Shown: positions 47,849 through 59,428 of the stretch, in pieces
Layout: every line of letters begins with the position of its first letter
Numbering within the stretch: the first letter of the stretch is position 1
NCBI GenBank assembly: GCA_965203915.1
Contig: OZ241918.1
Span: forward strand, 24,639 to 88,638
Length of the DNA: 64,000 bases
Direction of reading: 5' to 3'
DNA from: Alphaproteobacteria bacterium
GTDB taxonomy: Bacteria; Pseudomonadota; Alphaproteobacteria; JASGCL01
Translations under genes and position numbers: made by a program
Notes under the pieces: generated by a model
Told to the model about the DNA's origin: nothing
The model's input: only the letters and a program-made list of their open reading frames with translations
The model's database searches: none

Positions 47849-50410
47849 TTACAACAAATTGATAATCCGATTTGGCACATATATCACTTTTTTTGGTGCT
47901 TGCCCACCCAACCATTTTTGAACATTATCAAATTTTAACGCCATCGCCAAGGCATCATCTTGGCTGATGTCTTTTGGCAAATGCAAGGTCGCACGCAATT
48001 TGCCCTTCACCTGCACCGCCAGGGTGATGGTTTCCGCAGTGAGGTATTGTTGGTCGGCACGCGGGAAATCGCTGGTCGCCAACATATCGCCATGGCCCAA
48101 CATGCGCCACATTTCTTCGCTGACATGCGGGGCGGCGGGGTTAAGAACCTGGACCAATATTTCGATGGCTTGTTTCCTTGCTACATCGGCATGTTTGTAA
48201 TTATCGATATGGTTTGCCAATTCATGGGCGCGCGATATCAGCAAATTAAAATGAAATGTTTCTATCGCCTGACGCGCGGCGTCGATGGTGCGGTGGGCGA
48301 AGGATAACAGATCCTTGGCATTGTTTTCATCCAGCGAGGTGGTGGATAGGTTTTCGGGCAAGTCGACCACCATTTGATAAACCCGCGCCAAAAAGCGGAA
48401 GGCACCCAGCACCCCTGCCTCGCTCCATTCCAAATCTTTTTCGGGTGGCGAATTGGAAAGAATGAAGACCCGCGCGGTGTCGGCGCCATATTTTTCAATA
48501 ATTTCTTGCGGGTTGACCACATTTTTTTTCGACTTACTCATTTTGATAGACATGCCAACCTTCACCGCTTCGCCGTTATGGATAAGGAAGGCCTTGCCCG
48601 ATCTTTTTTCAACATCATGCGGGGCGACCCATTTGCCATTTTTGTCTTGGTACGTTTCGTGGCACACCATGCCTTGGGTAAAGAGCCCGCGGAAGGGTTC
48701 GGGCGGTGCATGCCAACCGCATTCTTTCAGGGCGCGGGTAAAGAATCGCGCGTAGAGGAGGTGAAGCACCGCATGTTCTACCCCGCCGATATATTGGTCA
48801 ACGGGCATCCAATAATCTGCGCGTTCGTCGCTATAGGGTGCGGCAGTATTTTTGTTATCAAGGTAGCGCAAGAAATACCAAGAGGATTGAAAGAAGGTAT
48901 CCAAGGTGTCGGTTTCGCGCCGCGCCGCCCCGCCGCAGGTTGGGCATGGGGTGTGTTTCCATGTTGGGTGATGGTCGAGCGGGTTGCCGACCTTATCAAA
49001 CGTAATATCGTCGGGCAACAGCACGGGCAATTTGTTTTCGGGCAAGGGCACCATGCCGCAATGGTCGCAATAAACCACGGGAATGGGGCAACCCCAATAA
49101 CGTTGGCGCGAAACGCCCCAATCGCGCAATCGCCAATTTACTTCGCCATGGCCCAACGATAATTTTTCCAATTCGGCGATGGCGCGTTGCTTGGCTTCAT
49201 CAACCGACAGGCCATTTAAAAATTGCGAATGAAATATAACCCCGTCGTCGACGAATGGTTGGTCGTCAACAGCAAAATTGTCATCGGCCTGTTTGGGCCG
49301 CACCACGGGGATGACGGGCAAATTGTATTTTTTGGCAAACAGCAAATCGCGTGCGTCATGGGCGGGGCAACCAAACAACGCGCCCGCGCCATAATCCATC
49401 AACACAAAATTGGCAACATAAACTGGAAAATGTTTGTCGGGGGCGAAGGGGTGGGCAACCTTGATAGGCAGGGGGTAGCCTTTTTTCTCCATCGTTTCGA
49501 TGTCCATGGTGGCGACCGAGCCCGCGGCGCATTCTGCTAAGAATTTTTTTAGGTTTTCATCGCCCCCCGTTGCGGCGATTTTTTTTACGATAGGATGGTC
49601 GGGGGCGAGGGCAAGGAAACTCATCCCAAACAATGTATCGGGGCGGGTGGAAAAAACCTCGATGGTTTGTTTTTCATTCATGGCATCGCCGACGATGGGG
49701 AAGCTAATACGTGCCCCCACCGAACGCCCCAACCAATTTTCTTGCATCACCCGAACTTTTTCGGGCCAGGCAGGCAATTGTTGCAACCCCGCCAACAGGT
49801 CGTCGGCGTAGCGCGTGATATTAAGATACCAGCCGTTTAATTTTTTCTTTTCCACCACCGCCCCCGAACGCCAACCGCGGCCATCAACCACCTGTTCATT
49901 GGCAAGGACGCAATTATCCATCGGGTCCCAATTGACGATGGTTTCTTTTTGATAGGCTATTTTTTTTTCTAAAAACTTTAAGAAAATTTTTTGTTCTTGG
50001 TGGGTGTAGGCTGGGTCGGAGGTTGCCAATTCCAAATCCCAATCATAAGAAAAACCCAGCCTTATCAATTCGGCCTTCATGCTGGCGATGTTGTCGTAGG
50101 TCCATTTTTTGGGGTGGACACCATTGTCGAAGGCGGCATTTTCAGCGGGCAAGCCAAACGAATCCCAACCCATGGGGTGGATGACATTGAAACCGTTGGC
50201 GCGTTTGTAACGCGCCACGACATCGCCCAATGTGTAATTGCGCACATGGCCCATGTGAATTTGCCCCGAGGGGTAGGGCAACATTTCCAGCACATAATAT
50301 TTGGGCTTGGCGGTGGCGGATGCGCCAGGGTGCGCCGTGGCAAAGACGTTTTTTTCGCGCCAGGTTTTTTGCCATTGTAATTCGATTTTTTGTGGGTGGT
50401 ATCGCGTCAT
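47849..50410 (-). CDS. leuS: leucyl-tRNA synthetase
   Basis: 853 aa, [15 protein letters not shown] (HIGH) and KMSKSKKN (KMSKS). Confidence 0.97.
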   Translation of the reverse strand: MTRYHPQKIELQWQKTWREKNVFATAHPGASATAKPKYYVLEMLPYPSGQIHMGHVRNYTLGDVVARYKRANGFNVIHPMGWDSFGLPAENAAFDNGVHPKKWTYDNIASMKAELIRLGFSYDWDLELATSDPAYTHQEQKIFLKFLEKKIAYQKETIVNWDPMDNCVLANEQVVDGRGWRSGAVVEKKKLNGWYLNITRYADDLLAGLQQLPAWPEKVRVMQENWLGRSVGARISFPIVGDAMNEKQTIEVFSTRPDTLFGMSFLALAPDHPIVKKIAATGGDENLKKFLAECAAGSVATMDIETMEKKGYPLPIKVAHPFAPDKHFPVYVANFVLMDYGAGALFGCPAHDARDLLFAKKYNLPVIPVVRPKQADDNFAVDDQPFVDDGVIFHSQFLNGLSVDEAKQRAIAELEKLSLGHGEVNWRLRDWGVSRQRYWGCPIPVVYCDHCGMVPLPENKLPVLLPDDITFDKVGNPLDHHPTWKHTPCPTCGGAARRETDTLDTFFQSSWYFLRYLDNKNTAAPYSDERADYWMPVDQYIGGVEHAVLHLLYARFFTRALKECGWHAPPEPFRGLFTQGMVCHETYQDKNGKWVAPHDVEKRSGKAFLIHNGEAVKVGMSIKMSKSKKNVVNPQEIIEKYGADTARVFILSNSPPEKDLEWSEAGVLGAFRFLARVYQMVVDLPENLSTTSLDENNAKDLLSFAHRTIDAARQAIETFHFNLLISRAHELANHIDNYKHADVARKQAIEILVQVLNPAAPHVSEEMWRMLGHGDMLATSDFPRADQQYLTAETITLAVQVKGKLRATLHLPKDISQDDALAMALKFDNVQKWLGGQAPKKVIYVPNRIINLL

Positions 50411-50623
50411 GTTATTACCCGATAGGTGATAAGCAAACTTGCCCCGAAAATCAAGCTAGGCGAGAGAGGGGGGCGTTCGCTTGCCGCGCCGAAGTATAAG
50501 CATGGTCGCATGAGCAATATAACGAAGTGGCGAGCAATACTGTCTTAGCCTATATAAATATGCTATAAAAAAATACATAACAAGCGGCGATAGTATTCCG
50601 CTAACAATATCTTATGAAATCTT

Positions 50624-51685
50624 ATGAATGAATCCAGCCCGACCGACCCCGCCGCCATCACCAAAAATTTTGTGGTGGAGAAATTGCCGCCCGCGCAAAA
50701 ACGGCTTGATAAGTTTTTAACCATGATGATATTGTCCGACCCCGATATGGCGGGCGTCAGCCGTAACCAAATTCAGGGTTGGATAAAATCGGGCGCGGTA
50801 ACAATCAACCATGCCCCCGCCCGCGACCCCGACCAAAAAATCAAGCAAGGCGACGCCATAACGGTCGTCATACCGCCGCCGCGCGACATGACCATTATCC
50901 CCGAAAAAATGCCGTTGGATATTATTTTTGAAGACAAAGATATTTTGGTGTTGAACAAACCAAGCAACCTGACCGTGCACCCCAGCATTGGCAATTGGAC
51001 GGGAACATTGGTGCATGGTTTGTTGCATCATTGTGGGAAGGATCTTTCGGGCATCAACGGTATTATGCGCCCAGGGATTGTGCATCGGCTGGACAAGGAT
51101 ACATCGGGCATTATGGTGATTGCAAAAAACGACATGGCCCATGCCGCCCTGACTCGTGATTTTGCGGCGCGGCAAATTAAACGCCGTTATGTTGCCTTGG
51201 CTTGGGGGAACATGGCACTGCCCCTTGGGCCAGACAATGTGGGTATTATTAACCAGCCGTTGGGGCGCAACCCCCACAACCGTTTACAAATGACCGTCAT
51301 ACCCGTGGAAAAGGGCGGCCGCGTTGCCGAAACCCATTACAAAATATTGGCGCAGAATAACGATGTAACATTGCTTATGTGCCGTTTGATGACGGGGCGC
51401 ACCCATCAAATTCGCGCGCACCTCACCCATATTAAACACCCATTGGTGGGCGACGCCATATATGGTGGGCGAGGCCGCCAGGTAAGCAAGAACACCGATA
51501 CCACCACCGCCGTTGCGTTGATGGGTTTTCCCCGCCAATCTTTGCATGCTTTCGAATTGGGGTTTCATCACCCGCGCAGTGGCAAGGAAATGTTGTTCTT
51601 GCAACCCCCGCCCCACGATATGATGACATTATTCACCCAGCTTGGTTTTGCTGACAAGGTTATCGGCTTAGCAAAGAATCCTTAA
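50624..51685 (+). CDS. rluD: RluA-family 23S rRNA pseudouridine synthase (RluD-like)
   Basis: S4-like N-terminus, HRLDKDTSGIMV catalytic Asp motif, GRTHQIRAHL. Confidence 0.85.
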   Translation: MNESSPTDPAAITKNFVVEKLPPAQKRLDKFLTMMILSDPDMAGVSRNQIQGWIKSGAVTINHAPARDPDQKIKQGDAITVVIPPPRDMTIIPEKMPLDIIFEDKDILVLNKPSNLTVHPSIGNWTGTLVHGLLHHCGKDLSGINGIMRPGIVHRLDKDTSGIMVIAKNDMAHAALTRDFAARQIKRRYVALAWGNMALPLGPDNVGIINQPLGRNPHNRLQMTVIPVEKGGRVAETHYKILAQNNDVTLLMCRLMTGRTHQIRAHLTHIKHPLVGDAIYGGRGRQVSKNTDTTTAVALMGFPRQSLHAFELGFHHPRSGKEMLFLQPPPHDMMTLFTQLGFADKVIGLAKNP

Positions 51686-51702
51686 GAAAAATTATTGCGC
51701 GG

Positions 51703-52113
51703 TTATAAACCCTCGGCCACCGATCTTAATTTTACCAAGGCATCGCCCCACATGTTATCCATCATGGTGTAATAATCTTCCAAACAATCCATTGCCAATT
51801 CAAATTCGGTTTGTGCATCATTGATTTTTTTGAAACTGTAGTTTTCATAAGCCCCAGCCCATTCATCGTGGCGGATAGAAATAAATTCGTGAAGTTTATT
51901 TTCGGCTATGGTGCTTTTTATTTCCATTACCTTGCCATCTTTATCGGGGGTGGCAAAAAATATTATGGTTGCGCCCTTATCAAATGAACCTGAAAAATCG
52001 CTGCCTTCTTTAAAAGCACTCGCCCATTTTTTATAATTGTCACGTTCCACCACCGCCTGCCATACCTTGGGGCATGGCGCATCGATGATAATTTTTTTTA
52101 TGAGTTTTTTCAT
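51703..52113 (-). CDS. SRPBCC (AHSA1/START-like) domain protein
   Basis: 136 aa. IDAPCPKVWQAV...W and the length fit the Aha1/BPI-like SRPBCC family. Judged by eye only. Confidence 0.55.
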   Translation of the reverse strand: MKKLIKKIIIDAPCPKVWQAVVERDNYKKWASAFKEGSDFSGSFDKGATIIFFATPDKDGKVMEIKSTIAENKLHEFISIRHDEWAGAYENYSFKKINDAQTEFELAMDCLEDYYTMMDNMWGDALVKLRSVAEGL

Positions 52114-52192
52114 GAATTCATTGTAGAATAATCATGGTCATTTGCAAATTAAAATTTACATTCTACAACCTAACTAACGATACAAGAAAGTC

Positions 52193-52221
52193 TTGACTGC
52201 TCTTATTTAATAATATATAAT
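52193..52221 (+). promoter_or_regulatory. near-consensus sigma70 promoter (TTGACT-17 nt-TATAAT) predicting a leaderless transcript
   Basis: TTGACT at 52193-52198, a 17-nt spacer, TATAAT at 52216-52221. ATG 52227 begins 6 nt after the -10 element and has no Shine-Dalgarno. Confidence 0.65.
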
Positions 52222-52226
52222 GAGCC

Positions 52227-52784
52227 ATGGAAGAAAAAATTGTTTTCTTGCCCAATTATAATCGTATTATTGATATTGTGTGCCTATTGGCGCAAAAACA
52301 AAAATCTGACGAACCATTGGGCATACATAAAACCATGAAACTGCTATTCTTTGCAGATGTTGAGCATATCAACAAGCATTATGTTCCCATAACAGGCGGT
52401 CGTTATTTAGCCATGCGATTTGGCCCTGTCCATAAAGAAGCCTATGATATTATCAACGGAAATTCTATTAATTTACCTGATGTAGGTAATGTGCCCTTTG
52501 CACGTAAAGACAACCATATTATTATTACACAATCCAGCAACGATTTACACAAGCACTTATCTAAAGACCATATTACAATTATTGAATCAATTTGGGATAA
52601 GTATGGTAAAAAAGATTTTATTGAACTTACAGAATTATCGCATCAACACCCCGCTTGGCAAGACGCATGGGGGAATCGCATTAATGATGCTCCTGAAATG
52701 GATTACGAAAAATTTTTTGAAAAAGTAATAGACAACGAAATTATAAATGAATTACGAGAATCCGCACGATTTATCACGCTATGA
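52227..52784 (+). CDS. Panacea (DUF4065, SocA-like) domain antitoxin candidate
   Basis: HKTMKLLFFADVEHINKHYVPITGGRYLAMRFGPVHKEAYD and ELTELSHQHPAWQDAW match the DUF4065 pattern (KLLYfad...pit...y.a...GPV; sH....W). Confidence 0.75.
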   Translation: MEEKIVFLPNYNRIIDIVCLLAQKQKSDEPLGIHKTMKLLFFADVEHINKHYVPITGGRYLAMRFGPVHKEAYDIINGNSINLPDVGNVPFARKDNHIIITQSSNDLHKHLSKDHITIIESIWDKYGKKDFIELTELSHQHPAWQDAWGNRINDAPEMDYEKFFEKVIDNEIINELRESARFITL

Positions 52785-53176
52785 TGTCGCCACAACCGCC
52801 TCGTTTAATGATAGGTGGCGTTTATAAACTCACCAATAAAAGTTTACATTCATCGCGTCGCCATAATAAGATGCATGTTTATATTGGCAAATACCAATCA
52901 GCCGACCAATTCTTGCTAATAAATTCAGAAGAAAAAGAAATTTATAATCCCCACCATCTTATTCTAAAAAAAGATTATCCGTTCCTTGACCATGATAGTT
53001 ATATAGGGTGCAATGCCAGTGGCGGGATACAAGCCCTTAGCCCGCCATATGAAATTAATAAATTTATGGATCGTTTAAAGAAAGACGATTTAGAAAAAGC
53101 TTTTAATTTATTATGTCAGAGCGGACTTGATGATGCTAAGAAGCAATGCTTAAATTCTAATATAGAACGATATTAG
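52781..53176 (+). CDS. unknown 131-aa protein, candidate toxin partner of the Panacea-domain gene
   Basis: The start overlaps the upstream stop (ATGA, 4-nt overlap). AT-rich, with no motif I can name. It may have a small beta-barrel pattern (GGVYKL...HVYIG...FLLINSE...SYIGCN). Confidence 0.5.
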   Translation: MMSPQPPRLMIGGVYKLTNKSLHSSRRHNKMHVYIGKYQSADQFLLINSEEKEIYNPHHLILKKDYPFLDHDSYIGCNASGGIQALSPPYEINKFMDRLKKDDLEKAFNLLCQSGLDDAKKQCLNSNIERY

Positions 53177-53184
53177 ACTTGACT

Positions 53185-53679
53185 TTACCCCGCCAACTTG
53201 GTTTTTATCATATCGGCAATGTCTTGGCCAACGAACGGCGCAATATTACCGCCCAACGATGCAACCTGCTTCACCAATTGCGATGAAATGAAATGGTGGC
53301 CCTCGCCCGCCATCAAAAAAATAGTTTCGATATTTTTATCCAACCTGGCATTCATTTCCGCCAATTGAAATTCATATTCAAAATCGCTGATGGCGCGCAA
53401 GCCACGCACAATCACCCCCGCCCCCTGTTGCTTCATGAAATCTATCAACAAACCTTCGACGGGTTGCACCGTGATTTTTTTTGCCACCGCGGCATCCATT
53501 TTTTTTAATGTCATGTTCACCATCGCCACCCGTTCGCTTAAAGAAAACATGGTCGATTTGCCACTGTGCCCCGCCACCCCAACTATCAATTGGTCGCATA
53601 ATTTGGTTGCGCGCGATAACACATTGATATGCCCCAAAGTAATCGGGTCAAATGTTCCAGGATAGACCGATATTTTCAT
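53185..53679 (-). CDS. coaD: phosphopantetheine adenylyltransferase
   Basis: ISVYPGTFDPITLGHINV, ISSQLVKQV. Confidence 0.92.
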   Translation of the reverse strand: MKISVYPGTFDPITLGHINVLSRATKLCDQLIVGVAGHSGKSTMFSLSERVAMVNMTLKKMDAAVAKKITVQPVEGLLIDFMKQQGAGVIVRGLRAISDFEYEFQLAEMNARLDKNIETIFLMAGEGHHFISSQLVKQVASLGGNIAPFVGQDIADMIKTKLAG

Positions 53680-53699
53680 GATGCTGCTTGCTGTGATAT

Positions 53700-56516
53700 T
53701 TATTCCGCGGCTGTTTCTTCTTCTTCGATAAAACTGATATGGGCGACCGAGGCAATTTTTTGTTCACCGTCAAGGCTGGCCAGACGCACCCCCTTTGATT
53801 TGCGCGACACACGGCGGAGGGATTTGGTTTGAATGCGAATGGTTTGCCCCGCGTCGGTGACCACCATCACCTCGTCATGTTGCGGATTAATAATGAAGGC
53901 TTCGATAATTTTTGCCGTGCTATCCATGTTGCTAATTCCCTTGCCGCCGCGGTTGGTGGTGCGATAATCGTATGACGAACATAATTGACCAAAACCCGCC
54001 TCATTGATGGTTAAAACAAATTGTTCTTCCTCGCCCATTTTTTGGAACAATGATTTGTCAAATTCTTGCACCTTGGCTTTATCGCGCGTTGCATCTTCTG
54101 ACCCGCTGGCGGCATAATCTTTATCTTTTAATCGCGCCTTGGCATTGACCGCGGCAAGGTAACCATCGCGTTTTTCAGAATCCTCTTCGCCGCGATTCAT
54201 AATATCCATCGCCACCACCCTGTCGCCCGTTGCCAATTTTATCGCCGTCACCCCGTTGGATGCGCGACCAGAAAAAACCCGCACGCCCTTTTCATCGCCG
54301 TCTTCGCTTTGGCGCGATATAGGAAAACGAATCGCCGCCGATTGCTCGGTCGCCAAGAAAATATCTTGTTCGGCGGCGGCTATCAACACGCCAATCAAAC
54401 TATCGCCATCGTCTAACTTCATGGCTATCTTGCCCGATTTGCGTTCGTCAGAAAAATCAGACAACAGGTTGCGCCGCACATAACCCGACGCGGTGGCAAA
54501 CACCATGAATTTGTTTTGCCAAGCCGCTTCATCGGCGGGCAGGGCCAGCACGGTGGTGATGCGTTCGCGCGCCGACAGGGGCAAGATATTAACCAAAGCC
54601 TTACCCTTGCTGGCGAGCGAGCTTTCGGGGATTTCATAAACCTTTAATTTGTAACAACGACCGCTGGATGAAAAAAACAACATGTCGGTGTGGGTATCGG
54701 CCACGAAGGCTTTCCAGACAAAATCATCTTCCTTGGTCGCCATGCCAGCCTTCCCCTTGCCGCCGCGTTTTTGGGTGCGATAGGAATCGAGCGGCACGCG
54801 TTTGATGTAACCGCCGTAGGTTACCGAAACCATCATGTCTTCTTTTTCTATCAAGTCGGTTATTTCCACATCTTCCTGGGCGGCAACAATTTCGGTGCGG
54901 CGCGGGGTATCAAATTCTTTTAAAATATCTTCAAATTCTTGCACCATCACCGCGCGGCGTGCCTTTTCATCAGCCAATAATTTTTCATATTTGTTAATAG
55001 CCTCCGACAATTCTGTCATTTCGTTGCCTAGTTTATTTTTTTCCAGGGCGGTTAAGCGGTGCAGGCGTAAATCCAATATCGCCCGCGCCTGTTCGTCGGT
55101 TAATTTGTAAGTGCTACCGCTTAGGTTTTTATCGGCCTTATCAATCAATTTTAAAAATGGCACCACATCGTTAGCTGACCATTGTTTGGCGGTCATTTTT
55201 TGTCTTGCTTCTTCTGAATCTTTTGACGATTTAATCATGGCTATCATCTCGTCAATATTTTCGGTGGCGATAATAAGCCCCGCGACAATATGCGCCCGCG
55301 CCCGCGCCTTGCCCAACAAAAACCGACTGCGACGTTGGATAACTTCATCGCGGAATTCAACAAAACGCCGCAACACGCGTGGCACGGGCAACATTTCGGG
55401 CAAGCCATTGTTTAATGACAACATGTTGACGCCAAAACTTGTTTCCAGCGGCGAGAATTTATACAATTGTTGCAATATAACCTGGGCCGTGGCGTCGCGT
55501 TTTATTTCCAACACCACCCGCACCCCCGTGCGGTCGGATTCATCGCGAATATCGCTGACGCCTTCGATAACTTTGTTTTGCACCAACTCGGCCATTTTTT
55601 CTATCATTGTTGATTTGTTCACTTGGTAAGGGATTTCGGTGATGACAATCATTTCGCGGTCTTTGCCAAAACTTTCGATGGTGGCGCGACCACGCATTTT
55701 TATCGAACCACGCCCCGTGGCGAAGGATTGGTTAATACCGTCGCGCCCCAATATCAACCCGCCCGTGGGGAAATCGGGGCCTGGCACGAATTTTTTGATA
55801 TCATCGTCCGACAATTCGGGATTATTAACCAGGGCTATCAAGGCGCGCAACAATTCGCCCAAATTATGCGGGGGAATGTTGGTGGCCATGCCGACCGCAA
55901 TACCCGACGCGCCGTTGGCCAACAAATTGGGAATACGCGCGGGCAACACCAATGGTTCGGAAATGGAATCGTCATAATTGGTGCCAAAATCGACGGTGTC
56001 GCTATCAATATCGGTCAGCAATGTTTCGGCGGATTTTGCCAAGCGGGCTTCGGTATAACGCATGGCGGCGGGCGGGTCACCGTCGAGCGAGCCAAAGTTT
56101 CCTTGCCCTGCTATCAGGGGTAAACGTAGCGAGAAATCTTGCGCCATGCGCACCATCGAATCATAAATGGCTTGGTCGCCGTGCGGGTGATATTTACCCA
56201 TGACTTCCCCCACGATACGCGCCGATTTGCGAAATGGTTTGGACCAATCGTAACCATTTTCATTCATGGCGTAGAGGATACGGCGATGCACGGGTTTTAA
56301 CCCGTCGCGCACATCGGGCAGGGCGCGGGCGACAATAACACTCATGGCATATTCCATGTAGCTTTTTTTCATTTCATCGCCCAAGGCAATGGGGGCAACG
56401 CCACGCACCATGCCTTCGGTTTTGGAACCCGTGTTTACCGTGTCATTTGTTTCGGCAACATCGGCGGGGGTTGCGGCATCGCCCGCGCCATCGTTATCGG
56501 TGGGTTTTTTTGTCAT
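53700..56516 (-). CDS. gyrA: DNA gyrase subunit A
   Basis: 938 aa, [32 protein letters not shown], active-site AAMRYTE, C-terminal beta-pinwheel repeats. Confidence 0.97.
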   Translation of the reverse strand: MTKKPTDNDGAGDAATPADVAETNDTVNTGSKTEGMVRGVAPIALGDEMKKSYMEYAMSVIVARALPDVRDGLKPVHRRILYAMNENGYDWSKPFRKSARIVGEVMGKYHPHGDQAIYDSMVRMAQDFSLRLPLIAGQGNFGSLDGDPPAAMRYTEARLAKSAETLLTDIDSDTVDFGTNYDDSISEPLVLPARIPNLLANGASGIAVGMATNIPPHNLGELLRALIALVNNPELSDDDIKKFVPGPDFPTGGLILGRDGINQSFATGRGSIKMRGRATIESFGKDREMIVITEIPYQVNKSTMIEKMAELVQNKVIEGVSDIRDESDRTGVRVVLEIKRDATAQVILQQLYKFSPLETSFGVNMLSLNNGLPEMLPVPRVLRRFVEFRDEVIQRRSRFLLGKARARAHIVAGLIIATENIDEMIAMIKSSKDSEEARQKMTAKQWSANDVVPFLKLIDKADKNLSGSTYKLTDEQARAILDLRLHRLTALEKNKLGNEMTELSEAINKYEKLLADEKARRAVMVQEFEDILKEFDTPRRTEIVAAQEDVEITDLIEKEDMMVSVTYGGYIKRVPLDSYRTQKRGGKGKAGMATKEDDFVWKAFVADTHTDMLFFSSSGRCYKLKVYEIPESSLASKGKALVNILPLSARERITTVLALPADEAAWQNKFMVFATASGYVRRNLLSDFSDERKSGKIAMKLDDGDSLIGVLIAAAEQDIFLATEQSAAIRFPISRQSEDGDEKGVRVFSGRASNGVTAIKLATGDRVVAMDIMNRGEEDSEKRDGYLAAVNAKARLKDKDYAASGSEDATRDKAKVQEFDKSLFQKMGEEEQFVLTINEAGFGQLCSSYDYRTTNRGGKGISNMDSTAKIIEAFIINPQHDEVMVVTDAGQTIRIQTKSLRRVSRKSKGVRLASLDGEQKIASVAHISFIEEEETAAE

Positions 56517-56851
56517 GGATAACCATTATGCCGATTCCGCGCAAAACACAACTGTTTAGCGGGGCGGACATAAAAAAATCCTAAGGGCGTTGGGGGAGCT
56601 GAGGGTGATTAATTTGATTGGTTGCATGGTTGCAATGTCATCTACATTAATTCGCCTTGGAAAAAATACATCACCCATTTTATTATTGTATTTTTATCGG
56701 CCGTTATTATGCTATAAATGGCGGAAAATAAGCCATGATAATAAAAATAATCATATCAACCGCTTACAAAAAGTTGCGTTATTTTTTTTAGAATGATAAA
56801 AGCAAAAATAAAATATGGAATAAAAGCCAAAAGCCAGGATAAAAGCCAGCC

Positions 56852-59266
56852 ATGAAATTTTTACACGCCAACCCACCCCAATTTGCGGCGGAGGATATTG
56901 CCGCCGTCGCCTTGCAACATTATGGGGTGCAGGGGGCGATGAAAAACCTCTATAGCGAGCGCGACCAGAATTTTTATCTGCGCCAGGGTGATGGGGTTGG
57001 CTTCATGTTAAAAATTGCCAACAGCCAAGAGGATGCCTCGATTATCGATTGCCAAATAAAATTGTTCGACCATTTGGCGCGTATTGACCCCACATTGCCC
57101 ACCCCGCGCGTGATAAGGAGTAAGCAGGGCGAGGCTAGCCTTGTCCTGACCAGTGCCAAGGGCGAAAAACATTTGTTTTATATTTTAAGTTATTTGGAGG
57201 GGGAATTGTCGCGCAACATTACCCTGACCCCCGCGATTGGCCATGAGATAGGAAAAATGATAGCCCGTTTGGGCCGCGCCATGCGCGGGTTTTTTCACCC
57301 CGCCGCGGGCGGGCGCGAATTATTGTGGGATATGCGTATTGCGCGCGATTACTTGCCCTTCCTTAACGAATTGCCCGATGTCATGGTGGGGACGGAAACC
57401 CTGGCGCAACTTGCCAGAAAACAGATCGATGTTTTTTGTAACAATACCCTGCCGAAACTTGACGCCTTGCGCGCGCAAATTATTCACAGCGACATTCATG
57501 AACATAATTTAATATTGAATAAGGAAACCCATGGTATCACGGGTTTGATTGATTTTGGCGATGTGTTGCACGCCCCGTTGATTTTTGATTTGGCCGATGC
57601 GGTGTGTGATTTTTTAAACAAACCCGAAAGAATCGACAGCATGATGAACCCGCTGGTCGCGGGTTATGCCGCCATAACAAAATTGGAAGAAGAAGAAGTG
57701 GAAGTTATTTACGATATCGCCCTGATGCGTATGATTATCGGCGTGGTGGTGAATATATGGCGCGCCGCCCAAACCCCAGGCGAAGAAAATTATTTGCACG
57801 CCAACACCGCCAATATTCTTAAAACATTAGAGGTTTTTAAATCGTTAGGCCGCGATAAGGCGATAAAAAATTTCCGCATGGCGGCGGGTATGCCCGAACA
57901 ACAATTTTATCGTTTGCAAGACGGGGTGCAAACCACCGCGTCACCCGTTGCCACCGCACCCCGCCCATTAAGCGACCTGGTGGCGCGGCGCAAAAAATTC
58001 ATGGGGTCGCATTTGTATGTTTTTTATGATCCGCCGTTGAATATCGTCAAGGGTGAAGGGGTGTGGTTGTATGACGCCACGGGGCGGCGTTACATGGATT
58101 GTTATAACAATGTTCCCATTGTTGGTCATTGCCACCCCTATGTGGCGGAGGCTATCAGCCGCCAAACCCGTATTCTTAATACCAACACCCGTTATTTGGG
58201 CGAAGAAATATTGGCCTATGCCGAACGCCTAAGCCAGACCACGGGGGGCGAATTGAACACCTTCGCCTTCGTCAATTCGGGCAGCGAGGCCAACGATATA
58301 GCATGGCGCATGGCGGTGGCATGGTCGGGGCAACATGGCGCATTGTGCCAGGAATTTGCCTATCACGGCGTGACCGAGGCTATCGACGCCGTGTCGCCGT
58401 CGGCCAATAAAATAAGCGAAGCCGCCCATTGTAAACGCTACCCCCATGTGCGCCCCATTTTGGCACCCGATGCTTACCGCGATAAATTTCCCAACAGCAA
58501 GAACAAAGCCATGGATTACGCGGCCGATGTTGACCGCGCCGTAGCGTCGTTGCAGGAAGCCAACATGAAACCCGCGGCTTATTTTTTGGATTCGGCCTTT
58601 ATCACCAATGGTATTTTGGAAGCCCGCGCCGAACCCATGAAAAATTATGTGGCCGAGGTTTTTAAAAAAGTAAGGGCGGCGGGCGGTTTATGTATTGGCG
58701 ATGAAGTGCAATCAGGTTTTGGCAGGATGGGCGAAAAATTTTGGGGTTATCAACACCATGGCGTGATGCCCGATATTATCACCATTGGCAAACCCGCGGG
58801 TAATGGCCACCCGTTGGGCATTGTTATCACGCGGCCCGACATTTACGAAAAATTTATCAAGAGCACGGCTTTCTTCTCGACCTTTGGCGGGAACAATGTT
58901 TCTTGCATGGCGGGTTTGGCGGTGTTGGATGTTATTGAACAGAATAATTTGGTGGCGAGCGCGGCCACGGTTGGCGATTATTTAAAAACGGGGTTAAAAA
59001 AATTGATGAACAAATTTACCATGATTGGCGATGTGCGCGGCACGGGGTTGGCGATTGGCATTGAGATTGTTGCCAACCGCGAAACCAAACAGCCCGACAA
59101 ACCCGCCACCGACAAATTGATTAATTTGTTGCGACACGAAGGCATGTTGGTGGCGAGCGAGGGGGCTCATAACAGCCTTATCAAAATGCGCCCGCCGCTT
59201 ATTTTCACCACGTCCGATGCCGACTTCGCCCTAAGCGCATTTGAACGGGCGTTGGGAAAAATGTAA
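56852..59266 (+). CDS. fusion protein: APH-like small-molecule kinase domain + class-III (AGXT2L-like) aminotransferase/phospho-lyase domain
   Basis: The N-terminal ~340 aa carry IIHSDIHEHNLIL (HxDxxxxN) and GLIDFGD. The C-terminal ~440 aa carry FVNSGSEAND, GDEVQSGFGRMG and ITIGKPAGNGHPL (PLP-Lys). Confidence 0.8.
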   Translation: MKFLHANPPQFAAEDIAAVALQHYGVQGAMKNLYSERDQNFYLRQGDGVGFMLKIANSQEDASIIDCQIKLFDHLARIDPTLPTPRVIRSKQGEASLVLTSAKGEKHLFYILSYLEGELSRNITLTPAIGHEIGKMIARLGRAMRGFFHPAAGGRELLWDMRIARDYLPFLNELPDVMVGTETLAQLARKQIDVFCNNTLPKLDALRAQIIHSDIHEHNLILNKETHGITGLIDFGDVLHAPLIFDLADAVCDFLNKPERIDSMMNPLVAGYAAITKLEEEEVEVIYDIALMRMIIGVVVNIWRAAQTPGEENYLHANTANILKTLEVFKSLGRDKAIKNFRMAAGMPEQQFYRLQDGVQTTASPVATAPRPLSDLVARRKKFMGSHLYVFYDPPLNIVKGEGVWLYDATGRRYMDCYNNVPIVGHCHPYVAEAISRQTRILNTNTRYLGEEILAYAERLSQTTGGELNTFAFVNSGSEANDIAWRMAVAWSGQHGALCQEFAYHGVTEAIDAVSPSANKISEAAHCKRYPHVRPILAPDAYRDKFPNSKNKAMDYAADVDRAVASLQEANMKPAAYFLDSAFITNGILEARAEPMKNYVAEVFKKVRAAGGLCIGDEVQSGFGRMGEKFWGYQHHGVMPDIITIGKPAGNGHPLGIVITRPDIYEKFIKSTAFFSTFGGNNVSCMAGLAVLDVIEQNNLVASAATVGDYLKTGLKKLMNKFTMIGDVRGTGLAIGIEIVANRETKQPDKPATDKLINLLRHEGMLVASEGAHNSLIKMRPPLIFTTSDADFALSAFERALGKM

Positions 59267-59340
59267 AAAAACTCTGTTGCAGGGAAGATGCTAGCCGCGC
59301 TTGCTTTGGCAATATCATTATAAAAACAAGATGCCGTCAA

Positions 59341-59428
59341 AGCCCCCATTGCTTTAGCAAGGGGGGACGGAAAATGAAGGAGTGAGCAAAGCGAACGACT
59401 ATCATTTTCCCAGGGGGGTTCGCAAAAC
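59341..59428 (+). repeat. GAAAATGAAGGAG palindromic element, 88-bp copy A
   Basis: AGCCCCCATTGCTTTAGCAAGGGGGGACGGAAAATGAAGGAGTGAGCAAAGCGAACGACTATCATTTTCCCAGGGGGGTTCGCAAAAC, identical to 59671-59758. Confidence 0.9.

Noticed and set aside
55111-56123. Long antisense ORFs inside gyrA (172 and 166 aa). Similar ones occur inside leuS (48374-49162, 262 aa), the homocysteine methyltransferase gene (32958-33617), rluD, fumA, dapF, ilvD and cimA.
   Set aside because: All are opposite-strand or alternative-frame shadows of strongly supported conserved genes. Their translations have no motifs and a biased composition.
56590-56796. 68-aa ORF in the gyrA upstream spacer.
   Set aside because: It has a non-ATG start, an AT-rich low-complexity translation and no RBS. 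It is probably promoter-region noise.
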